A stretch of 64,000 nt of DNA from Nostoc sp. DedSLP01 (GTDB lineage Bacteria > Cyanobacteriota > Cyanobacteriia > Cyanobacteriales > Nostocaceae), in the NCBI GenBank assembly GCA_034530875.2, contig JAVRCJ020000001.1, forward strand, positions 288,001-352,000, read 5' to 3'. Below the pieces are notes generated by a model. That model was not told the origin of the DNA and searched no databases. It was given only the letters and a program-made list of their open reading frames with translations. The position numbers were made by a program, and so were the translations under genes. Positions 11,534 to 20,510 of this stretch are shown here, piece after piece; positions within the stretch are counted from its first letter, which is position 1, and every line of letters starts with the position of its first letter.

Positions 11534-11556
11534 GTTTAATTTTTCCTGTTTAAATA

Positions 11557-12123
11557 TCAATTGTTGAAAGAACTAATCTGTATCACTGTTAGTCCCGCAA
11601 CCTGTTTTGCTAGTTGAATAGCGATCGACCCAACACCACCTGCACCGCCAATAATGAGAAGGCGTTTGTTGTGGTTAGTCTCTGGTGCTTGAGCAGAGAT
11701 AGCCATCCGGTCAAACAAGGCTTCCCAGGCTGTAATGGTGGTCAGTGGTAGTGCCGCCGCCTGTTCAAATGCAAGGCTCTTAGGCTTACGCCCGACAATT
11801 CTTTCATCGACGGCGTGAAGCTCACTGTTGCTTCCAGGACGGGTGATACTGCCTGCGTAATACACCTCATCTCCTGGTTGAAACAGGGTAACTTTCTCTC
11901 CCACCTGTTCCACTACTCCCGCCGCATCCCATCCTAAAATCTGGGGTGCAGATTGTTCTGCTTTAATTGATGAACGAACTTTGTAATCGGCTGGATTGAC
12001 GGATACTGCTCGCACGCGTACCAGTAAATCTCTTGCTCCTAGAGTGGGCGGTTCAATATCAATTTCCGTAAAGCATTCCGGTGTTTGGGTGGAGCGAGTA
12101 GGATCGACTGCGATCGCTTTCAT
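11557..12123 (-). pseudogene. Truncated zinc-type alcohol dehydrogenase-like / quinone oxidoreductase (MDR)
   Basis: Has SVNPADYK, LGWDAAG, ALPLTTITAWEAL and GGAGGVGS, but ends at 188 aa just after the Rossmann glycine motif; the family is normally about 335 aa. Confidence 0.75.
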
Positions 12124-12209
12124 GATTTCTCCTGTTAGCTATTTGTAGAACGATCGTTATTCTTGGGTTGTTCCTCGATAAAACTGTCGATACATCAAGA
12201 ACCTCACAA

Positions 12210-12235
12210 GCGATGCCTGCGGCGGTAAACTACGC
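12210..12235. repeat. Small dispersed repeat inserted in a HIP1 site
   Basis: GCGAT|GCCTGCGGCGGTAAACTA|CGC, an 18-nt insert related to the reverse complement of the 2643 element. Confidence 0.65.
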
Positions 12236-12238
12236 ATC

Positions 12239-13231
12239 CTATTGCAGATATTTCTTTAATTCTGCTGCTGCTTGGACAAAAAGCGAACGGGTTGCTGGCA
12301 GCTCGGCTAAACCATTCAACAGTCCGAAGTCATGAATCATACCGTTGTAACGCACGGTTGTCACTACTACTCCAGCTTCATCTAGCTTGCGTCCATACGC
12401 CTCGCCTTCATCCCGTAAGATATCACTTTCAGCAACCTGAATTAATGCTGGCGGCAATCCTTTGAGTTGCTCAACTGTTGCCTGTAAGGGAGAAGCATAG
12501 ATATCTTTGCGTTTTTCTGGGTCGGCGATGTACAGGTCATACATCCATTTCATCAGTGGTGTGGTCAGAAAACGCTTCTCGCCAAATTGATGGTAGGATT
12601 CTGTTTCAAAATTCGCATCTACAATGGGCCACATCAGGATTTGCAGCTTGATGTGCGGGCCTCCTTTCGCTTTCGCCATCAACGTGGTGACGGCTGTCAT
12701 ATTTCCACCAACACTATTACCGACAACTGCCAGATTTTTGCCATCAACACCAATTTCCTCTCCATGCTCGGCAACCCATTTGGTCGCGGCGTAGATTTCA
12801 TCGACCGCTTGAGGATACTGAGCATCTGGTGTGCGAGTGTAGTTGACAAAGACAGCCACAAACCCTGAAAGCACCACCAAATCGCGAACCATACGTTTAT
12901 GCGTTGGGTAATCGCCCAGCACCCAACCGCCGCCATGAATAAAGATGAAAACAGGTAGTATATCTTTGACCCCTTCCGGTCGCACAATATTGAGCGTAAT
13001 CGTATAACCGTCAGCGGTAATTGTCTTCTCAGATTCTTCAATGCCTGAAAGGTCTACCAGAACAGAACCTTGAGCATCCACGAGGACTTGACGCGCTTCT
13101 AGTGGAGGTAATGTTTCCAAAGGCACGCCACCTGAATTTAGCACGTTCAAAAATGCCTTTGTTTCCCTGGAAAGACGCGGATCGTCTGCAACTTCCAAAA
13201 TTGTTGTTTGTGAGTTTACTTGATTAATCAT
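12239..13231 (-). CDS. Alpha/beta hydrolase, HSL-like esterase/lipase
   Basis: HGGGW oxyanion motif, GNSVGG nucleophile elbow, DILRDEG and HDFG. Confidence 0.92.
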   Translation of the reverse strand: MINQVNSQTTILEVADDPRLSRETKAFLNVLNSGGVPLETLPPLEARQVLVDAQGSVLVDLSGIEESEKTITADGYTITLNIVRPEGVKDILPVFIFIHGGGWVLGDYPTHKRMVRDLVVLSGFVAVFVNYTRTPDAQYPQAVDEIYAATKWVAEHGEEIGVDGKNLAVVGNSVGGNMTAVTTLMAKAKGGPHIKLQILMWPIVDANFETESYHQFGEKRFLTTPLMKWMYDLYIADPEKRKDIYASPLQATVEQLKGLPPALIQVAESDILRDEGEAYGRKLDEAGVVVTTVRYNGMIHDFGLLNGLAELPATRSLFVQAAAELKKYLQ

Positions 13232-13309
13232 GACATTCTCCTTTTGTCAATGAATTATTAACAATCTTTTGAAACGGCACTAAGTGTTTAGTAAAGGTGT
13301 TTGTTTAAA

Positions 13310-13801
13310 CTAAGCAGCAGGTGGAGGAATAATTTCAATTCCGTATTTGGGTGCAGTAATAAGAATTTTTTCTAAATCGGCAGCACTTAATGATGGTGCA
13401 GGGGATACCTGAGTATTTGTTGCTTTACCAACTTCGGCAATAAATTTTTCAAATCCTGCTGGTGTTACCCAAACTAGCAATTTTGCAGGAGTAGAACCAG
13501 TGTTGGTAAATCGATGTAACTGACCTTTAGGCGAGTGCAAAAATGTTCCAGCCGTGGCAACAACTATCTGTTCATCAAGCTGAAATTCTAGCTCTCCCTC
13601 TTGAATGTAAAACGATTCATTTTCTCGACTGTGTTTATGAGGAGGCGTACCACCGCCTTGAGGTGCAACCACTACCTCGCATAGTGCATAGGCTTCGCCT
13701 GTATCTTCACCCACTGCCTTAAATGTGTATAAATCGCGGTCAAACCAGTAAGAACTGCCTTGACCTGGTTGTTGTATCAATCCTTGAGAATCTATCGTCA
13801 T
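13310..13801 (-). CDS. Cupin domain protein (quercetinase-like)
   Basis: PPHKHSRENESFYIQEG and PKGQLHRF cupin motifs. Likely start is ATG 13801. Confidence 0.85.
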   Translation of the reverse strand: MTIDSQGLIQQPGQGSSYWFDRDLYTFKAVGEDTGEAYALCEVVVAPQGGGTPPHKHSRENESFYIQEGELEFQLDEQIVVATAGTFLHSPKGQLHRFTNTGSTPAKLLVWVTPAGFEKFIAEVGKATNTQVSPAPSLSAADLEKILITAPKYGIEIIPPPAA

Positions 13802-14119
13802 GGGAACTCTCTTTTTAGTTAACATCAATTGAAAACTCAGCAGATATTCCTGGTGTGATGCAGTTTTTGTTATTAACTATACTTGAGATCGTTTTTGAGT
13901 AATTATGATAATTTTTATGAATATAACGAGCTAATTGGTTTTTAACAGGTTTAATTAATGCCGATCTGTGCTGCCGTCAATTGGGCTTTGTTGCAGCGAT
14001 CGCTATAACGAATCCCATTAATAAACAAAGCTGGGGCAGCTATTACTCCACTCTGGGTTCCACTGGCGATGTCTGCATTGATGCGCTCTATATGTACTCC
14101 TCTGGATAAATCTTGCAAA

Positions 14120-14479
14120 ACCCAATATATTAGCGATATTGATGGCTAATGGTAGGAAGCTGGATAAGAGCGTGGGAAATAAATTCGGTTGTTGCATCCA
14201 TCTATGGATAGATTCGCCACCAAAATCTTCCAAAAAAATCACAAGTGTACGCTGATAAGCTTGCTGAGCGTATGCCTGGATTACTCCTTCCAGGTCAAGG
14301 GAACGGGTAATTTGATATTCTTGCCTGTAGCGAATAATTTCTTGGGGTGAGGGATAATCTTGCTTCAGCAGTTTGAGGGCGATCGCTCGACCGTCTCGTA
14401 TTCTAATGCCCCGGTATACCTGCGACGTAGCACTTTCAGAAATTTGGGTCTGGATAGAAACCTCTGGCAGCACAATCAT
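14120..14479 (-). pseudogene. N-terminal fragment of a cyanobacterial Ser/Thr kinase-AAA-sensor (HstK-like) protein
   Basis: QISESATSQVYRG...LKLLKQDYPSPQEIIRYRQEY...LEDFGGES. Similarity stops before the catalytic loop. The left boundary is approximate. Confidence 0.75.
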
Positions 14480-14923
14480 CAACAGTCTTCCAAAAGAGGA
14501 AAACAATGCCCCATACACAAATTCAGAGATCGGCTTAACGTCTGTATAGAGACGTAGAATCCCTGTTCATCCACAGCATTCTAGCAGAAACAGTAGGTTT
14601 ACCCAAATCATCGCTTAATGTGAGAGATCGCATTGCTCCAGGTTCACTCAATTTGGCATTTGAGCAATTTAACTGAAAAGACGGATAGTGCTGTCAATCG
14701 TATCCCTGAGTTCAAGATTCGCAAGCAGGGTGGTTTCATACAAAGAAAGAAAAAACTTTAAATTAATTAAAAGTTGTTAGTATATAAATATACAAATACT
14801 TTTCCTCTATTTAATTGGCATTCCTGATGAGAGGCACACCCTACCTTTAAGGTTTGGTAAGATATCCGAAAATAAGAGTACGCACGTTGTAGTCATTAAA
14901 TAAAATCTTAATAGAATTTACCC

Positions 14924-16627
14924 TTGGGCATCATGCAGGTCTATTGCAGCAAACAACACACAAACGATAATGGCAACCGCTTTTGTACCCTTTGCGGCGA
15001 ACCATTACCTCTTGCTGTGGGACAGGTTATAAATAATCGCTATCAAATCATACGTCAACTAGGACAGGGCGGCTTTGGACGCACCTATTTGGCGGAGGAT
15101 AAGAAATCCCATCAAACCTGCGTGTTGAAAGAATTTGCACCCCAAGTACAAGAAAAACAAGATTTACAAAAAGCTAGAGAGTTATTTGAGCGAGAAGCCA
15201 ATGTCCTCAAAAAACTCCACCATTCCCAAATTCCGCGTTTTCACAGTTCGCTACAAGTGAAAATAGGCACGAAAGATTTTTTCTTTTTAGTCCAAGATTA
15301 TGTAGATGGCGAGAATTTTGACCAATTATTAGAACAGCGTCGCAGTCAGGGAAAAACCTTTACTGAAGAGGAAGTAATTACCCTACTGCAACAGATTTTA
15401 CCTGTAGTATCGTACATTCACTCGCGGGATGTAGTTCACCGCGATATCTCTCCTGATAATTTAATTTGGCGGCGTTCTGATAATCTCCCAGTTTTGATTG
15501 ATTTTGGTGGCGTTAAACAATTGCCGGCTTCTCAAGGTTTTTGGCGGACTCAGTTAGTTGAGAATAATACTTTACTCGGTAAAAAAGGTTATGCTCCAGA
15601 GGAACAATTGCGGCAAGGTCAAGTATTTTTTAGTAGTGATTTATACTCTTTGGCTGTAACCGTATTGGTATTGCTGACGGGGCAAGAACCGCAAAAATTA
15701 TACGACAGCTATCAAGGACTTTGGTATTGGGGCAAGCAAATTCAGGTGAGTCCTAAACTTGAGTCTGTGTTAAAAAAGATGCTGGCTTATAAACCGAGCG
15801 ATCGCTACCAACGAGCCGAGCAGATCCTCAAAGATTTACCATCGCCAAATGCAACCAAACCCGCGCCTAATTATGTTACCAAGATTAAGACGATGGTAGT
15901 TGCTCCCGGAAAACAACGCGCCAGTGCTATTATCAGTAAATTCCAAAATAGAACCCAAGCCATTGCTAAACCCGCATCTTTCCCCGTTTGGATTCGTCCT
16001 TTTGTGATGAGCCTTGGCGGTACAGCTTTAGTTGTTTTAACTGGCGCAGGTGCTTGGGCAGTAGTAAATGCAGTCATTCGCAGCGTATCATCAATTACGA
16101 TTCCATCTATTTCCTTACCGCAAATTCCCCAGTTTCCCAATCCTAGCAATCAACCAGTCAGCAAGGGAGGTACAAATCGCAACCTCCAAGAAATTATCAA
16201 TCGCCGCCAACAGTTACAAATTCCCGAAGTATTTTTTACCCGGTTTGTAGACGAGTTATTTTATACAAAAAATTCCCAATTAAAGGGACGTAGCTTGACA
16301 TCAAAACCCGAAGATGCACGTTTACGAGATGAGTGGTACGGTATCGCTGACGATTTGTTGAAGAAATTAGAACAAGCTAACATCAGTACAGCAGCGCGTC
16401 GCAAACTCGGAAGTTACACTGCACAAGATTACGAAAGATGGAGACGACAAACGCAAGCCGGAGAATTCGGAGACTATACAATCGATCGCTTGAACAAAGA
16501 AACAAATGAAAAATTCGATCGCTTGTTTCCCGGCCAAGACCGTGCGAAACTCGATCAACAAACTTTCGGTCAAATTTGGTATGCGATCGCTGCCGATCGA
16601 ATAGATAAAGTAAAATCTGGCAAGTAA
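14924..16627 (+). CDS. Membrane Ser/Thr protein kinase with N-terminal Zn-ribbon
   Basis: CSKQH...CTLC, LGQGGFGRTY, HRDISPDN, DFG, APEE, and a TM helix. Likely start is ATG 14933. Confidence 0.93.
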   Translation: MGIMQVYCSKQHTNDNGNRFCTLCGEPLPLAVGQVINNRYQIIRQLGQGGFGRTYLAEDKKSHQTCVLKEFAPQVQEKQDLQKARELFEREANVLKKLHHSQIPRFHSSLQVKIGTKDFFFLVQDYVDGENFDQLLEQRRSQGKTFTEEEVITLLQQILPVVSYIHSRDVVHRDISPDNLIWRRSDNLPVLIDFGGVKQLPASQGFWRTQLVENNTLLGKKGYAPEEQLRQGQVFFSSDLYSLAVTVLVLLTGQEPQKLYDSYQGLWYWGKQIQVSPKLESVLKKMLAYKPSDRYQRAEQILKDLPSPNATKPAPNYVTKIKTMVVAPGKQRASAIISKFQNRTQAIAKPASFPVWIRPFVMSLGGTALVVLTGAGAWAVVNAVIRSVSSITIPSISLPQIPQFPNPSNQPVSKGGTNRNLQEIINRRQQLQIPEVFFTRFVDELFYTKNSQLKGRSLTSKPEDARLRDEWYGIADDLLKKLEQANISTAARRKLGSYTAQDYERWRRQTQAGEFGDYTIDRLNKETNEKFDRLFPGQDRAKLDQQTFGQIWYAIAADRIDKVKSGK

Positions 16628-16628
16628 T

Positions 16629-16735
16629 GGGAGATGGGGAAGTGTGGGGAGTGTGGGGAGTGTGGGGGGAAAGAGAATTTATGCCTCCCTATCTTCCCAC
16701 ACCTCCCACACCTCCCACACCTTCCCATCCCCAAT
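16629..16735. repeat. G-rich/C-rich palindromic dispersed repeat, copy 1
   Basis: GTGTGGGGA and CCCACACCT arms flank the core GAAAGAGAATTTATGCCTCCCT. The reverse complement of this core occurs at 53447-53468. Confidence 0.75.
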
Positions 16736-16748
16736 GCCCTATATCTAA

Positions 16749-18914
16749 ATGACTAAACTATATTGTTCTCAGGGACATGAAAATTCCCCAGGTAGTCGCT
16801 TTTGTCTCCAGTGTGGTGAGAAGTTGGATACGCCCATGAATTATGGTATACAAGCAGGAGTAACTTTAGGCGATCGCTATGCGATCCTGCGTCAACTCGG
16901 TCAAGGTGGCTTTGGACGCACTTATTTAGCTGAAGATATTAACCGTTTCCGCGAACTTTGTGTTTTAAAGGAATTTTCTCCCCAAGTTCAAACCGCTTAC
17001 GTTGTCGAAAAAGCTCAAGAACTTTTTGAAAGAGAAGCGAGTGTTCTCTATCAACTACAACATCCCCAAATTCCCCGCTTCCGCGAACTGCTTCGCATTA
17101 ACTTACAGGGCAGAGAATATCTGTTTTTAGTGCAAGATTATGTAGAAGGCGAAACTTATAACTCTTTGCTAAATGACAGGAAAAGGCAAGGTTTGCGCTT
17201 TACAGAAGCTGAAGTGCGCCAATTATTGCAGCAAATTTTGCCAGTGTTGGAGTACATCCACTCACTAGGCGTAATTCATCGAGATATTTCTCCAGATAAC
17301 TTAATACACCGTAAGGTTGACCAACTACCAGTATTAATTGATTTTGGTGGTGTCAAACAAGTAGTAGCAACAGTAGCTTCCCAATATTATCAACCCGGTG
17401 CTATTGGATCTTCGCCATCACCAACCCTATTGGGTAAAATCGGATTCGCTCCCCCAGAACAGATGCAAACTGGCTTGGTATCTCCCCACAGCGATTTGTA
17501 TGCTTTGGCAGCGACAATGTTGGTTTTACTGACAGGCAAGCTACCCCAAGAATTAATTGATACTTATAATCTCACCTGGCAATGGCGGCGAGAAATCAGC
17601 CTGAGTCCGCTTTTAGGACAAGTATTAGATAAAATGCTATCTGCCAGACCAGGCGATCGCTATCAATCAGCCCGTCAAGTCCTCCAAGCCCTCAGTTCTC
17701 CTCCAGTCAGCTATCCGGCTACTCAATATCCCACTCCCACCCCACCAGAACCCACATCCGCCACCATCGCCGTCTCCCCTCCACCCCCCTCATCTCCCCA
17801 TCTCCCCATCTCCCCATCTCCTTCATCTCCTCAATGGACGCCAACCAAAACCTTATTAGCGGCACTGGCAGCAATTGGTACAGCTGGATTAATTTTCTGG
17901 GCAGTCAATAGCAACCGCAAGCCAGAGGGAGTTGAACCGAACCCTACACCCAGCCCAACCGCAACCAGCAGCCAGCCAGTCGATCCCTTAGCCCAATACT
18001 CCCCAGAAGAACGCCAGCGCAAACAAAGATTAAGCGATCGCCGCCAACAGTTGGGTATTGACGAGGGGTTCTATGTAAACTTGGTAAATCAATTTTTTTG
18101 GGACAAAAATCCCAGTTTACGGGGACGTACTCTCAGCAACGGTGTGGAAGATGAGAGTTTGCGGGCACAATGGGATGGAACAGCTTCAGAATTGCTAGAA
18201 AAGCTGGCAACACTGAGTTCAGCTTCCCGCCGACAATTGGGAACTTATACGAGCGCCGAACGCGATCGCTGGAAAGTGGAAGTCAACCGTGTTAATGTTG
18301 GTAGCCGTTCTTTGTACGATTTGGGAGATGCAGCTTTCTTCAGAGTATTCCCAGAGCAACGTGGTAAAAAGTTTGACAAACAACCCATTGCACAAGTTTG
18401 GTATGGATTTGTGAGTGATAAACTCAGTGCCATCCAAGCAGGTAGCGCCTTTGAGAAACTTACCTTCGACCCCGGTGCGACTAGTAAAACAGCCAGCGGT
18501 AGCTTAGAACCTGGCGATGGTAAAGTTTTGATTGCGGAACTTGCCAAAGAACAATCTATGGAATTGAACCTCAAAGCAAATTCCCAAGTTTTGTTATCAG
18601 TTTATTCACCCTCTGGCAAAATCAAATTTTTAGAAGATTCTACCCAGCGGACTTTAGCAAAAAAATTACCAGAAAACGGTTTTTACGAATTTGTTGTCGT
18701 TTCCACAGCATCGAAACCAGTAGATTATCAACTCAGCATCACAGCCGAAACTCCCGCCGTATCCCCAACTCCGACACCGACACCTACAGAAACAGAAACA
18801 CCAACTCCGACACCGACGCCTACAGAAACAGAAACACCAACTCCGACACCAACGCCTACAGAAACTTCTACACCAGAACCTACACCGACGCCTACAGCTG
18901 AGGCTACGCCATAA
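16749..18914 (+). CDS. Membrane Ser/Thr protein kinase with Zn-ribbon and Pro/Thr-rich tail (paralog of upstream kinase)
   Basis: CSQGH...CLQC, HRDISPDN, DFG, a TM helix, and a C-terminal (PT)n/TETE repeat. Confidence 0.93.
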   Translation: MTKLYCSQGHENSPGSRFCLQCGEKLDTPMNYGIQAGVTLGDRYAILRQLGQGGFGRTYLAEDINRFRELCVLKEFSPQVQTAYVVEKAQELFEREASVLYQLQHPQIPRFRELLRINLQGREYLFLVQDYVEGETYNSLLNDRKRQGLRFTEAEVRQLLQQILPVLEYIHSLGVIHRDISPDNLIHRKVDQLPVLIDFGGVKQVVATVASQYYQPGAIGSSPSPTLLGKIGFAPPEQMQTGLVSPHSDLYALAATMLVLLTGKLPQELIDTYNLTWQWRREISLSPLLGQVLDKMLSARPGDRYQSARQVLQALSSPPVSYPATQYPTPTPPEPTSATIAVSPPPPSSPHLPISPSPSSPQWTPTKTLLAALAAIGTAGLIFWAVNSNRKPEGVEPNPTPSPTATSSQPVDPLAQYSPEERQRKQRLSDRRQQLGIDEGFYVNLVNQFFWDKNPSLRGRTLSNGVEDESLRAQWDGTASELLEKLATLSSASRRQLGTYTSAERDRWKVEVNRVNVGSRSLYDLGDAAFFRVFPEQRGKKFDKQPIAQVWYGFVSDKLSAIQAGSAFEKLTFDPGATSKTASGSLEPGDGKVLIAELAKEQSMELNLKANSQVLLSVYSPSGKIKFLEDSTQRTLAKKLPENGFYEFVVVSTASKPVDYQLSITAETPAVSPTPTPTPTETETPTPTPTPTETETPTPTPTPTETSTPEPTPTPTAEATP

Positions 18915-18945
18915 AATAATTAAGATCTGAGATGAAAAAGGGTTA

Positions 18946-19032
18946 TACCAATTCAAAATTCAAAATTCAAAAATCCATATTTGATAAGGGTTTCTGGATT
19001 TGGATCTGTTTCAAAATTTTAGTGAATTGGTA
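18946..19032. mobile_element. MITE-like element, TIR TACCAATT, TSD TTA
   Basis: TTA|TACCAATTCA...TGAATTGGTA|TTA, with internal CAAAATT heptamers. Confidence 0.75.
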
Positions 19033-19176
19033 TTAGGCGATCGGTAATTCCTGAGAGTTCTTCCTGGATTGCGATTAGTTGTTGAGTATCATCGTCCATA
19101 CTGACCTACCACAACGACAATTGCCCTGGCGAGACCCACGACGCTCATCTGAACGTGATGGCTTGCGATCCTCAAT

Positions 19177-19596
19177 CTAATTTGAATCAATAACTTGCTT
19201 TCTGGTAGACTTAATCTGTCCTCGCTTAGTTTTACTGTCAAGGCGTCTCTTTTGAGAGTTGCGAGTTGGTTTGGTAGGTTTGCGTTTTCTCTTCAGTACG
19301 ACTGCGCTTTTAATAAGTTCTTGCAATCGTTGCAAAGCCTCCTCTCGGTTTTGCTCTTGAGTGCGGTGTTCTTGAGCCTTGATGACAATGACTCCCTCCT
19401 GGGTAATGCGTCGGTCGTTGAGCTTCAAAAGCTGTTCTTTATAGAAAGCGGGTAGTGATGAACCCTCAATGTCAAAGCGCAAATGAATGGCTGTAGCAAC
19501 TTTATTGACGTTTTGACCCCCTGCGCCTTGGGAGCGAATCGCGCTAATTTCGAGTTCGCTATCGGGGATGATGATTTTGTGAGAAATTTGCAGCAT
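19177..19596 (-). CDS. arfB: Alternative ribosome rescue peptidyl-tRNA hydrolase ArfB
   Basis: SQGAGGQNVNKV (GGQ motif) and basic C-terminal tail RKPTKPT...RRLDSK. Confidence 0.95.
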   Translation of the reverse strand: MLQISHKIIIPDSELEISAIRSQGAGGQNVNKVATAIHLRFDIEGSSLPAFYKEQLLKLNDRRITQEGVIVIKAQEHRTQEQNREEALQRLQELIKSAVVLKRKRKPTKPTRNSQKRRLDSKTKRGQIKSTRKQVIDSN

Positions 19597-19830
19597 AACT
19601 TACTTATAGCGTTATTTGCTACGCGATCGCACCAACATATTGTTAGTCCCTTGTGTGTTGAGTAACGACAAGATTATCCAAATTGGCTAACAAAAATTCC
19701 AAATCCTTGTTTGTTTCTTGCAACAATTCGGTAAGTGGTTTTTCACCAACTTTTATGTCTTCTAATTGAAACATTTGTTGGTTAAGTAGATAAAACACTT
19801 CGTATTAATAATCAAATATACAAACAGGTC

Positions 19831-19953
19831 TATAGGAATCATATTTGATTTGGTGAAAAAACTCCCTACAGATCGAAAAGCTAGATTCCCTACTCCCCAT
19901 TCCCTACTCCCTACCTACGCAAAAAATTTCAAGAATCAAACCGGATTCCTATA
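19831..19953. mobile_element. MITE-like element with TATAGGAATC...GATTCCTATA termini
   Basis: Perfect 10-bp terminal inverted repeat that extends imperfectly inwards (TTTGATT/AATCAAA), with an internal CCCTACT STRR. Confidence 0.7.
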
Positions 19954-20023
19954 TTATTTCTAACGGTACAAGACAAATAACTAAAAATGGTGCAATTTAA
20001 AAATAGTGTAAATATCAAAAACT

Positions 20024-20428
20024 ATGGACGCTGCCAAACGCCTTGCTACTCTAAATCGCATCCGCAAACTTAGCCGTTTGATGGATACATCAATACGTAT
20101 ACCTTTGATAGGTTTTCATATTGGAATAGATCCAATTATCGGTTTAGTTCCAGGTGCTGGTGATTTAATCAGTACAGCGTTTTCGGCTTACATCATATTT
20201 TTAGCTACTCGCTTTGGCATCCCACGCCAAGATTTAGCCAAAATGATTTTTAATGTTGGTTTGGAAACAGTCGTGGGTACTGTGCCTTTTGTCGGTGATT
20301 TGTTTGACGCTTTCTACAAGTCTAACATTCGCAATTTAGCAATTTTAGAACAACATTTGACAGTGGTTGAACCAGAACTTAAAGAAGTGTCCGATCGACT
20401 TTACTCTCGTAAGTTCACCGAAGTTTAA
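20024..20428 (+). CDS. DUF4112 membrane protein
   Basis: LSRLMD...GIDPIIGLVPGAGD...VPFVGDLFDAFYKSN. Confidence 0.88.
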   Translation: MDAAKRLATLNRIRKLSRLMDTSIRIPLIGFHIGIDPIIGLVPGAGDLISTAFSAYIIFLATRFGIPRQDLAKMIFNVGLETVVGTVPFVGDLFDAFYKSNIRNLAILEQHLTVVEPELKEVSDRLYSRKFTEV

Positions 20429-20510
20429 GTAAGAAAGTCAGTAAACCAAAAAGTTTTGAAAGTTAACGAAACAATCGGGCTTTAGGCGATGTTTTTCAGC
20501 TTTTCCTGCT

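Noticed and set aside
14780..14793. GTA-N8-TAC NtcA-like box upstream of the kinases
   Set aside because: The context is AT-rich and there is no correctly spaced TAN3T -10 box, so chance cannot be excluded.
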